Of a DNA stretch of 28,577 nucleotides, positions 1 to 11,322 are shown piece by piece (within the stretch, counting starts at the first letter, position 1; every line of letters starts with the position of its first letter). This stretch comes from Chiloscyllium plagiosum (Eukaryota). The translations under genes and the position numbers were made by a program. The notes below the pieces were generated by a model. It worked only from the letters and a program-made list of their open reading frames with translations, was not told where the DNA came from and did no database searches. The stretch is taken from NCBI RefSeq assembly GCF_004010195.1, contig NC_057753.1:6199520-6228096 (forward strand), read 5' to 3'.

Positions 1-60
1 CTGCAACATGCACTTTCAATTACTGTACTCAATCCACTGGCCAATAAAGGTAAGCATACA
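1..60 (-). mobile_element. CR1 LINE ORF2 3' fragment (window edge)
   Basis: ctgcaacatg...ctgtactcaat...ccaataaaggtaagcatac resembles the reverse complement of the CR1 C-terminal 'MLSFIG..IEY.S..VMLQ' region. Confidence 0.55.
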
Positions 61-61
61 A

Positions 62-1260
62 ATTAGGTATGGTTTGGTGTGATTAAATTAATTACTCTTA
101 AATATACTGAAATACAGTGAGATACAATGTGTGCTATTCTGGCTGATCATTCCATGTGTAGATATATTAGGTTAATAGAGTAAAAGAGAGAATATCTTGT
201 TACAGCTAAAGAAAAGCTGTAGAGAGAGGTCAACTTTCATCTTTGAAAGTACGTTCAAAAGTCTGATACAGTGTAGAAGAAGCTGCATTTGAATCCGTGC
301 GTATTTGTTTTCTAACTTTTGTAACTTCTTCCCGAAAGAAGAGGATTGAAGCAGATATAAGGGGTGTGTGAGTGGTCAGTGGTTATACTGGATGTTTTCC
401 CGAAGCAGCCGTAAGTTTCAACTGAATCTGTGGTTAGAAGACTGATTTACATTATAGAATGAGCTGTGCTCAAAACTCGTTGTAATTTTCACGATTTTGC
501 AAACAACAGTTGCCATACTAAGCTGTGATGCAGCTAGATAGAATGCTTTTTGTGGTGCGTCTATACAAACAAGGTAAGACTTATTGAGCACATGTTAATA
601 TTCTTTTGGCTTCTGAGGAAATAGATGCATCTGTGTGTCTGATTTTCTTAATCGTAAAATCGACGTGAATGGACCAGAACAGATTGTTGTTGAACGTTAC
701 TCATTGGAATCCCTGGACCATCTCGATATCAGCATCAATATTTCAGAAAGGGATGCGTCCTGGAGACGATTATTAGCTCCTTCATTGAAGGAGAGTTTGC
801 TGTCCTCACACCATGTCACTAAGGAGTCTATCTCTTCCATTAACTCAATCTCAACATTGTTTGAGAGCCGACTTACGAAAATGGTGTTGTCAGCAAAATT
901 GTAAGTAAAGTTAGAGTGCCAGTTGGCCACACAATTTTGAATGTATGTAGAACTGTACTAAGAGGATGATCATTGGGCGCCGGTGTTGAGGAGTGTCTGA
1001 TGCACAGGCAATTTAGAATTTCCAAATTCGGGCTTTCAGCTGAAGATCTCATCCAATCCCAGGGAGATTGTGCTGTCTCGAAGGGTTTTTGAACACATGA
1101 TGATTTATTTAACATGAGGCATTGCAGATCCGAGAATTTGGATCGGATATAGAGACAGAACAAATTCAGCTTAGTGTCCAAACTTGTGGGGAAGGAAATT
1201 CTGCGAGGATCCTAATGGGTAAGTTTCTGATTCTGGTCTGAATCGTTTCCTTTGATGTCT
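62..1260 (-). mobile_element. Rex1/Babar-type non-LTR retrotransposon, degenerate RT plus 3' part
   Basis: Minus ORF 697-930 'HSNFTYNFADNTIFVSRLSNNVEIELMEEIDSLVTWCEDSKLSFN' matches the recalled Rex1 RT 'SNSIYKFADDTTVVGRISNNDE.EYR.EI..LV.WC..NNL.LN'. Frameshifted and decayed; boundaries approximate. Confidence 0.8.
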
Positions 1261-1496
1261 AAATCATAAACGGTACCAAACTGGCGAAGGCTCTGGTCCA
1301 TGGTTCTTAAGCATGCCATTGGCACATTGAGAGGTCATGCTGCACAGCCTGACAATGTTGATGTATGATTGAAATTTTAAGTGAGTTTGCAGAAAATCCT
1401 CACTCTATGTAATCTTTACAAATTTTTAAAGTGGAGCTATTGGCTGCTTTATTTTGTTCATCACCATGTTCTACTTTATTCATTTTCCTTATATTC

Positions 1497-1680
1497 ATAG
1501 AATCGCTACAGTGTTGAAACAAGTCCACACCGACCCTCCGAAGAGCAACCTACCTAGACCCATACAACTTCCCTATAATTCTACATGTTCATGAACCATT
1601 ATACATAACGTACACATCCCTGAACACTATAGGGAATTGTATATGGCCGGTTCATCTAAGCTGCACACTTTTGGGATTAT
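1497..1680 (-). mobile_element. HE1-like shark SINE, 3' half
   Basis: atagaatcgctacagtg...aacaagtccacaccgaccctccgaagagcaacc...ctgcacacttttgg is the reverse complement of the SINE 3' region seen in the other copies. Confidence 0.75.
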
Positions 1681-1745
1681 GTTGTAAGGAGATGTAAACA
1701 AAACAAAAAAGATAAAGAGCACTGTAGTTGTGATTGCAGAAATAG

Positions 1746-2345
1746 GATATAGAACATAGAACAGTACAGGTCCTTCAACCCAAGATGTTGTGCCGAGCCT
1801 TTAACAAAATCTAATATGATCCCATCCTACACATCACTCACATTGCTGTCATCAATATAGTTGTCTACACATCACTCAAATTGCTGTCATCAACATAGTT
1901 GTCCTGCAGTGGTTTAAATGTTCCTAAAGACATTGAGTCTACTACCACCGATGGCAGAGCATTCAACGCACCCACGGCCCTCTGAATAAAGAATCTACAT
2001 CTCACATCTCCCTCATTCCATCCTCCAGGAACCCCAAAATTATGATCCTTCGTGTTACCCATTTCTGTCCTGTGGAAATGTCTCTGGCTATCTTCTATGC
2101 CTCTCATTACCTTGAACTCCTCTATTAAGTCACCTCCCTTCATTCTTCTCTCCAGTGTGAAAAGCCACTGCTCACTCAAACTCTCTTTACAAGATGAGCC
2201 CTCCAATCCCGACCACATCCTGGTAAATCTCCTCTGAATTCTCTCTAAAGCATCTACATCCATCCTATGATGAGGCGACCAGAGCTGGAGCAAAACCTCT
2301 TGTCTCTTAAACTCAATGCCCCTGTTGATGAATGCGAAAGCACCG
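1746..2345 (-). mobile_element. CR1 LINE 3' end (5'-truncated)
   Basis: ORF 1865-2365 'WSPHHRMDVDALERIQRRFTRMWSGL...LFTLERRMKGGDLIEEFKVMRG' is the CR1 ORF2 C-terminus; (TTCTATG)n-type tail read on plus as atagaacatagaac at about 1748-1762. Confidence 0.9.
1827..1902. repeat. 38-bp tandem duplication (2 copies, 2 mismatches)
   Basis: ctacacatcactcacattgctgtcatcaatatagttgt followed by ctacacatcactcaaattgctgtcatcaacatagttgt. Confidence 0.95.
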
Positions 2346-2826
2346 TCCGCCCGGTTCGGTTGCATTTGTTTAATTAATATCGCTAATTCCCTTTTCCTTC
2401 ACAGGGGCTTGAAGAATGGACGAGAATGGAACATGTTTCTGGAAAGCTTAGCACTTTTCAACCTGAACAGGGATGTTATGATTTGCCTGGTTTCCAATTT
2501 GTTTTGAAGCTTTGAAACAATTATGCACATTTTCGACAGGAAGATCCAGATGTGAGGAGGACCTAACCGAATGTGGGATTTTTTTTATTCAGAGGTAGTA
2601 AGAATCACTGCTCATGGCCTGAATCATTCATCCTAGCACTAACTGTATGCTTTGCGCATTCTAATGTGGCAGCCATTGGTGTTAGGTATAAACCAACAAA
2701 TGTGATTAAATCAGAGACTAGACTATTTAATGTGTTTAAATTGCCAAAATACCTCCTGTAAATAGCCATTTAGGTGATGCGTTTCCCAGTTCATTAAACA
2801 GAGAAACGTTTGGAGCTTTGCTTGAA

Positions 2827-3163
2827 GGCAGGTACGGTGGCTCACCGGTTAGCATTGCTACTTCACAGAGCCAGGAATCCAAGTTTCATTCCAGCCTTGG
2901 GCGACTGTCTGTGTGGTGTTTGTGCATGCTTCCCTTCTCTGGTTGTGTTTGTCCCGTGCTCCACATTCCTCCCACAATCAAAGACATGCACGTTAGATGA
3001 ATTGATTATGGCAAATTGCCCAAAGTGTTCAGAGATCTGCAGTTTAGGTGCATGAGTTGGGCAAAAATGTGGAGAAATAGAGTAGGGGATTGGATCTCAG
3101 TGGTTTCCTGCTTCGTGTGGATTTGTTCAGCCAACTGGCCTGTTTCCATAGTGTAGGGATTCC
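2827..3163 (+). mobile_element. HE1-like tRNA-derived SINE, full length, upstream of the GPCR exon (likely intronic)
   Basis: Head ggtacggtggctcaccggttagcattgct (A-box-like), decayed B box, body ...caaagacatgca..., tail ggcctgtttccatagtgtagggattc. Confidence 0.85.
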
Positions 3164-3289
3164 AGAGACCAGTGATGGAATTTGACATTTTAGTTTCTTA
3201 CCCAACTCTGTTCCATCATTTTTAGTACTAACTTGAAACTCGTACTGGTTTAGTGAGACACACAGGTTCATTGATCAATAATTCTAAGT

Positions 3290-3314
3290 CTCTTTTCCCT
3301 TCACTGCCTTGCAG
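3290..3314 (+). promoter_or_regulatory. Splice acceptor (polypyrimidine tract plus CAG), phase 1
   Basis: ctcttttcccttcactgccttgcag|TT AAT TTA GTG gives (G)TT AAT TTA GTG = V-N-L-V in frame with the GPCR ORF. Confidence 0.85.
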
Positions 3315-4192
3315 TTAATTTAGTGTCAATTTTGATCCTCTCTCGTGGAAAGTGTGGCCTCTCCAACTGCACCTCTCGTTACCTGGTGGCAATGGCAATA
3401 GCAGATCTACTGGTCATTATCACAGAGGTCATACTGAACCAGATCAACACTTATTATTTCCCTGTGTGTTTTTTGGACATCACACCAATCTGTAGTCTTT
3501 GCAAGGTCCTGCGAGGTGGAGCCATAGACTGTTCTGTGTGGTTTACAATCATTTTCTCTTTTGACAGATTTGTGGCTATTTGTTGCCAGAAGTTTAAAAC
3601 AAAATATTGCACTGAAAAAGCTGCAGCTGTGGTTCTTGCAACAACAAGCATCGTGCTGCTTTTAAAAAACATTCCATTTTATTTCACTCAGGAACCTGGA
3701 GAGATAGTCAACAATGTACCATGGGGATGTATTGATAAGCAAACATTTTATACCGAAGTTGGCTGGATGGCATTTGACTGGTTTGTTAGGATTATGACAC
3801 CATTGATTCCATTTGCTTTAATTCTGCTGGTCAATGCTCTGACAATCAGGCACATTATAACTGTCAGTCAGGTTCGTAAAGGACTGAAATGTCGGAACAA
3901 GGGAAAGAATGACAGTGATCCAGAGATGGAGAGCAGAAGAAAGTCTATGATTTTACTCTTCTGCGTATCTGGCAGCTTCATACTTCTGTGGTTGGTGAAT
4001 GTTATTGAATTCTTTTATTACCAAGCTTTAGGAATTAATCCCTATACTTACTATTTTTCTGAATATAAACTTCGTAAAGTTGGAATTATGTTGCGGAATT
4101 TAAGTTGCTGTACAAACACCTTTATTTATGCAGCAACACAGTCCAAGTTCAGAGCGAAGTTCACCAACGCAGTGAAATTTTTGGTTACATAA
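3315..4192 (+). CDS. Class A GPCR, shark-expanded GPR139/GPR142-like orphan receptor; large terminal coding exon (second half of TM1 to helix 8)
   Basis: Uninterrupted frame: VNLVSILILSRGKCGLS (TM1/ICL1), MAIADLL (TM2), TM3 Cys and FSFDRFVAIC (DRY variant), VPWGC (ECL2), TPLIPF (TM5), SGSFILLW (TM6), SCCTNTFIY (NPxxY variant), QSKFR (helix 8). The ORF-track GTG start at 3323 is not the real start. Confidence 0.92.
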
Positions 4193-5589
4193 AATACCCT
4201 TTTCATTTATTTGAAAAAGTAATCAATTGGGAGCAGTCAGTTATTAATTTCTGTGTTTTCCTTGCACCAGTAAACTATGAGCTCCAAACTCCCAACACAG
4301 ACTTGACAAAGACAGGGGAATCGTCGGAAATTGTGTGAGATGGTAAGGATTTGATTTAGATAGGACTGGATGGAAAACAATTAGAATGATTGCCACCCCA
4401 TACTCTTCAAGGCTGGCCTAGGGGCAATGGAATTTGGAGACCACCCTTCGTGAAATCAATTATGTTTTTTTCATATCGTTTGACAATGAATTTTATAATA
4501 CAATCAACAAATGCCATAGATACTAAGACTGATTCTCTTGCATTACATTTAAGGGATACACATGATTCCAAATCCAAATTCCAAACTGTGTACTACAAAG
4601 TTCGTGTCAGTAATCATAATGATGGAATTGTCAACGTGAAAATAGTAAGACATCATGACAGAGAAGTCAACTTTTGGTCTCACTATGCAGTCAGCATGAT
4701 TCAGTAATATGATTGGCATTTGCACCTGCCCAAGAAGTGTAACTTAAGGCTTGTTGAGTTGGTGGGTTGGAGGGGTGACCAAGTTCTGAAAACATTAATA
4801 TGACATCCTTAGAAATATATTATGATTTCCAAAAGGGGCTGGAAATTATCGATGAATTCAATTGCGTGGGAAGTCAAAGTGGTTCAGACATTGAGAAGAT
4901 CATATCCTCAAAATGATAGAGAAAATCCCTATTCACAAAGGGCGACTTTCAGCATCTACCGCACTATGATCTGGTGTTACTATCACAGCAGAGAAAGTTT
5001 GTCACTCGATCAGCTACTCAGCGGAGTATGACGCGGTGATCGACGTCGGGAGAGGAAATATATCCGAATTCAAACTAAAGACTGGAGAACAATTGCACTG
5101 TCAAGATTGTAACGTTTTCTCACTAACATTGACACTACCGGTGTTAAATATGTTTTGATGGCAACTCAAAGCTACAATTCCGCCAAACAAAGAAATGTTC
5201 ACACATTGGAACTGGAGATTTTTTTGTATCAGGACTGTAATTCTTTGGAGAACTCATTATAATCAAAAGTTTTCAGCGCGAATATATAAGTCAAGTTTAT
5301 TTTAAGTTTCTAAACGGATAACCTTTCTCTCGTTTTGTCTTTTGTGAATGGTTATTTTATTATGCCTTGTCAATGTTGTTCCTTGACTGTTTGTTCCACT
5401 AAATATGTTCAAACTTGAATTAATGGATTGGAAGTACTTCATATTGAAACAAGACCTTCGAACATGTTATTAAACTTAACTGCTATCTCCATAGAACTTT
5501 GCGTTATGTAGGATTATTAAAAATGTCATAACTGATTTGCATTGTCGAGGTACTCCGGATCCGTTTAATATTGGTATTAAGTCATGTGA

Positions 5590-5985
5590 AGGAGTAGTTT
5601 TAAAGATTCTGAAGGTATTGGCAGGTGGGGAACTGAAAGGATATTTCTCTTCCGGGAGGAGGCTAAAATAAATGGATGTGATTTCTGCCTAAAGGGGCGA
5701 CTCAGGCATGTCAGATTTGAGGATTAACAGTTTTAACAGTTTACTGGCAAGCTTTGGAACTCTACACCATAAGAACAATTGCTGTTTTCCCTTTGACCAA
5801 ACTCGTGACTGACTCAGAATTGATTTTAAAACGTGTAAATAATTATGTGTGGTGATGAGATTAAAATAAACCTGACATAAAAGTGAAATTAGGCCAATGA
5901 TAAGAATGCCCATGATCGTATTTAACAATGAAGAAGGATGATAAGGTTAAAGTGGTTTTATTCTGCTCCGGATTCATATGTTGTT
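5590..5985 (+). mobile_element. Ancient CR1-like LINE 3' end
   Basis: Decayed CR1-type motifs aagattctgaaggtattggcagg..., ctttggaactctacacc and tail attctgctccggattcatatgtt. Confidence 0.5.
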
Positions 5986-6537
5986 CGATTTTTTCATGCG
6001 TAAACCTTTAACATCGATCGCAATGTTTCTCAGTTTCTGAGATAAACTTGTATTATTGTGACTACACTAAAATACTAAAAGCCCAGCGTAGGAGGTAGGG
6101 TTTCAGATATGTGGACCATTGGGATACTTTCTGGTGGCGGTGGGAACTGCGGAATAAGGACTGGTTACATCTGAACTGGAGCGCTACAAAAACCTGATCC
6201 AGAAATGTGCTAGAGGTGTTCAGGATCGTTGAAACTATGTTGGCAGGAAGGTGGTAATCTGAGCTACGGATCAGATGGTGGAAGAGACAGTCAACAGCCA
6301 GACACAGCTCGCACAGAGTCTGTGAGGAGGGATTGGTACTTGATATGACAAAGGTGCAGCCAGTGTAATGGGTTGATTTGTGTCTATTTTCGTGCAAGAT
6401 GTAATGAAAGAGGGGTAACGGTGATGAACTCAGGGCGTGGATCAATACTTGGAACTTTTATGTCGTGGCCATTAAGGAGATTTGGATATCACAGGTGGAG
6501 GAATGGTTGCTGGATGTTCCACGGATTAGATTTTTAC

Positions 6538-6848
6538 TGATTAGATTAGATTTTCTACAGTGTGGAAACAGGCTCTTCAGCCCAACAGGTCCATACTGCC
6601 CCTCTGAAGAGTTACCCACCCAAAACCATTACCCTACCCTATATTTACCCCTGACTAACGTACCTAACACATTTGGCAATTTTGCCTGGCCCTGCACATC
6701 TTTCGATTGTGGGAGGAAACGGGAGCACCCAGAGGAAACCCACGCAGACACAGGGACAATGTGCAAACGCCACACAGAAGCGGGAATCGAACCCAGGTCC
6801 CTGGTGCTGTCAGGCAGCAGTGCTAACCATTTAGCCACTGTGCCACCC
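6538..6848 (-). mobile_element. HE1-like tRNA-derived SINE inserted in the CR1 endonuclease region
   Basis: Minus strand reads GGGTGGCACAGTGGCTAAATGGTTAGCACTGCTGCC...GGGTTCGATTCCC (Pol III A and B boxes) with an (AATCT)n tail. Best-preserved SINE here. Confidence 0.93.
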
Positions 6849-8096
6849 CAAGTAATCGGGACATGTTGCATGTTTCTAAAGTAATGGTGTGGAGGAGGTA
6901 AAAGAGGTGGAGGAACGGCACTGTTAGTCAAGGATGGTATCGCATCTGAAGGAAGGGATAACGTTGAGGAGGGTTTAACTACAGGGTCAGTATGGCTCAA
7001 CGTCATAAACCGGATAAGAGCAGTCAGCCTATTCGGCGTTTTCTACAGGTCCCACAATAACAACAGAGACACTGAAGAACAGATTGGGAGGCAGATTTTG
7101 GAAATGTGTAGACGTAGCAAGGTTATTGCCATGGGTGACTTTAACTTCACTAATATTGATTGTAATCTACTTAATTCAAATAGATTGGATGGAAAAGTGT
7201 CTGTCAGGTGTGCCCAGGAAGCGTTACATACGCAATATATCTTTAGTCTGACTAGAAGGGAGGTTATATTAGAGTTGATGTTTGGCAACAAACCATGCCA
7301 GGTGTCCGATCTCTCGGTGGGAAAATATTTCAGTGATAATGATCACAACTACATGGCCATTACTACACTTATGGAGAGTGATAGAAGCAGATTGTATGGA
7401 AAAGTATTAAATTGTGGGAGGGCTGAATTTCAATTCTATTGGGCAGGAACTTGGGCGCCTTAATTGGGAATAGACATTCTCAGGGAAATGTAAAGGTTGT
7501 TTAGGAAGCCCTTGCTGATAGTGCTGGATAGTTTTGTCCCACTGAGTGAAGAAAGGAATGGGATGTCGAAAGAAACATGGATGATTAGGGATGTGGAACA
7601 TTTAGTCACTGGAAGAAAGAAGCTCACTTAAAGTTGGGGACTGAAGGATCTGGAAGGGTTTTAGACGGCTCGAAGATTGCCAGGTAGGAACTGAAGAATT
7701 GACTCAGGAGAGCTGGAAAGGGGAATGAAAATGCTTTAGCTGGTAGGATTAAGGGAATCTCTAAGGTGTTCTACACTACTGAAAGGAACAAAAAGAATAG
7801 CCAATCAAGGCCAATCAAGGTTAGTGGAGGGAACTTCAGCCTGGGGCTGGAGGAGTGGGAGCTCATTAATGAATTATTTGTTTCAATGTTGACTATTGAG
7901 ACAGAAATTGATGTTTCTGAGGACAGCGTGAAAAGGACTAACATCCTCGAACAGGCTGTTGTTAGGAAGCAGGATGTGCTAAAAATATTGAAAAAAAAAG
8001 TAAGGTTCGATAGGCCAGATGGGATATGCACTTGGTTACGAAAGGAAGTGAGGGAAGGGATTGCTGCAACTCTGGCGATGACCTTTGTGTTCTCAC

Positions 8097-8497
8097 TACA
8101 TCATCTTCCGTCTTGGGATCTCCCCCGCAACCACACAGGATCAATGTTGACTTCACCAGTTCGGAGTCGCCCGTCCGCCCACCTTATCCCAGATCAAACC
8201 CTCTAAATCTGTAGTCCCCTATTGAACTGTCCAAGCTGTCGAGCTTCCTTACCACTTGCCATTACATCCTCCTCAGCGACCTCTCGCCCTCACCCCACCA
8301 CCTTCAATTACCTACTGCATCCCCAGCTACCTTCCTTCCAGCGCCACACGCCCCCCTCCCTACAATTCTCTCTCAGCCTTCTTCCCACTCTCCCTCCCAC
8401 TGCGTTCGTAATAAAGATCCTATGCTGGAAATGTCGACTCTCCTTTTCTTCAGATACGGCCTGACTGTCTGTGCCTTTCCAGCCTCACACGTTTTGA
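8097..8497 (+). mobile_element. Penelope-like element 3' remnant inserted in CR1
   Basis: catcttccgtcttggga...ggatcaatgttgacttcaccagtt (recalled 'IFRLG.LQPHGINVDFTSF' C-terminus), C-rich UTR, and terminal segment gaaatgtcgactc...tgtgcctttccagcctcacac homologous to 19601-19686. CR1 resumes at actggattagtgccagg. Confidence 0.8.
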
Positions 8498-8941
8498 CAC
8501 TGGATTAGTGCCAGGTTATTGGAGAATGGCAAATGTTATTCCCTCTTCAAAAAACTGCTGGGAATTGCAGATCAGTCAGGTTTAGGTTAGTGGTGGGCAA
8601 AGTATTGGAGAGGATTCTGAGCGACAAGAATTTAGATTAATTTGAAATCCATGATTTGATTAGAGATAATCGGCATGACGTTGTGAGGGGCAGATCATGC
8701 CTCACAAACTTATTTGAATGTTTTTGAGGATGTGATAAAACACGTTGATGAATGTAGAGCAGTAGATGTGTTGTCCATTAATTTTAGCTAGGTGTTTAAT
8801 AAATGTCCTCATGGTGGGTTCATTCAGAAAGTAAGATGGAATGGGATATATGGAAACATGTCTGGACACAGAATTGATTGACCCATCTAAGACAGAAGGT
8901 GATGGTAGATAGAAAGTATTCAGCCTGGAGCTCGGTGACCA

Positions 8942-9441
8942 NNNNNNNNNNNNNNNNNNNNNNNNNNNNNNNNNNNNNNNNNNNNNNNNNNNNNNNNNNN
9001 NNNNNNNNNNNNNNNNNNNNNNNNNNNNNNNNNNNNNNNNNNNNNNNNNNNNNNNNNNNNNNNNNNNNNNNNNNNNNNNNNNNNNNNNNNNNNNNNNNNN
9101 NNNNNNNNNNNNNNNNNNNNNNNNNNNNNNNNNNNNNNNNNNNNNNNNNNNNNNNNNNNNNNNNNNNNNNNNNNNNNNNNNNNNNNNNNNNNNNNNNNNN
9201 NNNNNNNNNNNNNNNNNNNNNNNNNNNNNNNNNNNNNNNNNNNNNNNNNNNNNNNNNNNNNNNNNNNNNNNNNNNNNNNNNNNNNNNNNNNNNNNNNNNN
9301 NNNNNNNNNNNNNNNNNNNNNNNNNNNNNNNNNNNNNNNNNNNNNNNNNNNNNNNNNNNNNNNNNNNNNNNNNNNNNNNNNNNNNNNNNNNNNNNNNNNN
9401 NNNNNNNNNNNNNNNNNNNNNNNNNNNNNNNNNNNNNNNNN
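8942..9441. other. Assembly gap (500 N)
   Basis: Run of N. Confidence 1.
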
Positions 9442-9458
9442 ATTTTCAAGCAGTATGG

Positions 9459-9763
9459 TTACATGCTGGGCCATGGCAGTTCTCCTGTCAACTGTTCAGT
9501 TTTACCTGGTCTTATACTCTGGAGCATCGGATTGTGTCATTGGCTTTTAGGATTGTCAATATACTCAATTCAAACTTGATTGGAGTTTGATATGCTTCGG
9601 GTATAATTTAAACTCATTGGCCAATTTCGATTTCTTTTTGTCTCCAGGCCACTCAGTGAGTGCTGTTTGTTTTTAGTCAAAATGCTACTTTGCAAATTCT
9701 ACAGCATTGATGAACTTGCCAAATCCTTCACTCTCTTTATGGTGCACCCACATCTTCACAACA
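9459..9763. repeat. Diverged LTR-like repeat, copy 1 (paralogue of 13460-13773)
   Basis: Shared colinear blocks: ttacatgctgg, ttctcct.tcaactgttca, agcatc.gattgtgtc, caaact.gattggagtt, tttttgtctccaggc, ggt.cacccacatcttca.aaca. Confidence 0.85.
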
Positions 9764-9779
9764 ATAGCTACAGAATAGT

Positions 9780-10260
9780 AGATGCTCAGTGTGGAACCTT
9801 CCTGATGAATCAGTTCTGCACCCTGTCCAATGCCTCCATACACTTCTGAGAGTGTAGTGTCCAGAATTGCACGTTATATTTCAAGTGACTTTGAACCAGA
9901 ATCTTATGCAAGCTCGTCTCATTTTTGTACTTGTTGTCCCTATTGTGTCAGAAGGAAGCATCTCACATGCGTTATTAAAATCATGCTAAACGTAAGCATT
10001 CAGTAAAAGAAAAAAATAGACTTGAGATTTTTGAATGCTGCATGCAAATCACTGAAGGCAGCAGTGTGAGTTTGACAAGCCAAAATTCATCACCTTTTTG
10101 CGTTATAAATCCCAGATCTCTTCCCCAAGTGTTCCATTACTCTATGTCTAAAAATGTAATGAAATTCTTCTGCTCAGTTCACAATTATTCCACCTTTTGT
10201 GCCACTTCAATGTTTTTTTGTTTGTTGACCCAGCAGTTAGAAAGTGGTTGATCTAATATC
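9780..10260 (-). mobile_element. Old CR1-like LINE fragments
   Basis: ttctgcaccctgtccaatgcctccatacacttctgagagtgtagtgtccagaattgcac is the reverse complement of the CR1 'VQFW.P...K...ALE.VQ' region. Confidence 0.6.
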
Positions 10261-10279
10261 CCGTGAAGATGTCTATACT

Positions 10280-10953
10280 CATGTACTCCTGCACAGACCA
10301 ATGACGGGAATTATATGGATTAGCTCATTCACCAGCCTGTCCATCTGCGACTTCACTTTTAAGAAACTATGCACTTGCACCCCAAGTCTCTTTGTTCGAC
10401 AACACTCCCGAGTGTCCTAACAAATACTGTGTAATTCCTGGCCTGATTTGCATTACTGAAATGCGACACTTCGCATTTATTTAAATTGAGCTCCATCTGT
10501 TAATTCTCAGCCCATCTAATCAACGTCCTGGCATACTTTGGGATAACTTTCTTCACTATCCACTGTACCACCAATTTGGTGTTATCTTCAAACTTACTCA
10601 CTGTTCCGCCTATATTCTCACGAAAATCATTTATTTAAATGACAAAAAACAGTGAACACTGCACCAATCCTTGTGGCACACCATTGATCACCGTCGTCCA
10701 GTCTGAAAAACAACCATTTACCACCACATTCTACCTCCTAGCTTCAAGACAATGTTGGATCAATTCACTATCAATCCACCCCCACTCCCCTCCCAGATTC
10801 TATGTGATCTAACATTGCAAACTAGACTATCATGTACAACTCCTTGAATGCCTTAATGAAGTTCATATAGATAACATCTACGGCTCTGCCTTCATTGTCA
10901 CGTCTTCAAAAAACTGAATCCAACCACTGAGACACGATTTCTGTGCACAAAAC
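10280..10953 (-). mobile_element. CR1 LINE RT fragment
   Basis: Reverse complement of RT motifs: gtgccacaaggattggtgcagtg (PQG motif), agtaagtttgaagataacaccaaa (decayed FADD), 'YMNFIKAF'. Confidence 0.85.
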
Positions 10954-11322
10954 TCCCCAATAACCTTTGTGCGCAACGGCATTTCCATTTTTTTCTGGTG
11001 GTGAAGCAGCGTCACCTCACACGGAAGTTTATTGATTAGTGCCTCCACAAAGTTAGAAACTTACTTAATCCCAGCATCCTAAGGTATATGTCATCAAGTC
11101 CTGCTGCCATACGAATATAGTTATAGTTAAATTACCTAGTCTGTACATCTTGCTAATAATTTGTAGTTCACGCAATCTCTATACTCCTTTCTTATAACGT
11201 TTTAACAAGAGCTGCCTCCTTGGTAAAGACGTTTACAATGTGCACATTTCATACTCCAACGATGTATCCAGCCTTCTTGCGTAAAATTCCATTGTTTGGG
11301 ATAAGTGGCCCTTTATCATTCT

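Larger units (their letters stand above)
6083..8941 (+). mobile_element. CR1 LINE, 5'-truncated (end of ORF1 esterase, APE endonuclease, RT), interrupted by a SINE and a Penelope remnant and cut off by the gap
   Basis: 'GFRYVDHWDTFW.RWEL.NKDWLHLNW' (esterase C-terminus), 'VVAIKEIW', 'VIAMGDFNFTNID', 'FSDNDHN' (APE motifs), then RT N-terminal motifs up to 'RQKVMVDRKYSAWSSVT'. Many stops and frameshifts. Confidence 0.9.

Noticed and set aside
3323..3325. GTG as the GPCR start codon
   Set aside because: It lies 8 nt inside an exon that follows a clear splice acceptor, and TM1 is incomplete.
6775..6848. tRNA gene (A and B boxes)
   Set aside because: It is the tRNA-derived head of a SINE, contiguous with the SINE body and tail.
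8820..9579. Long ORFs spanning the first gap
   Set aside because: Artefacts of translating N runs.
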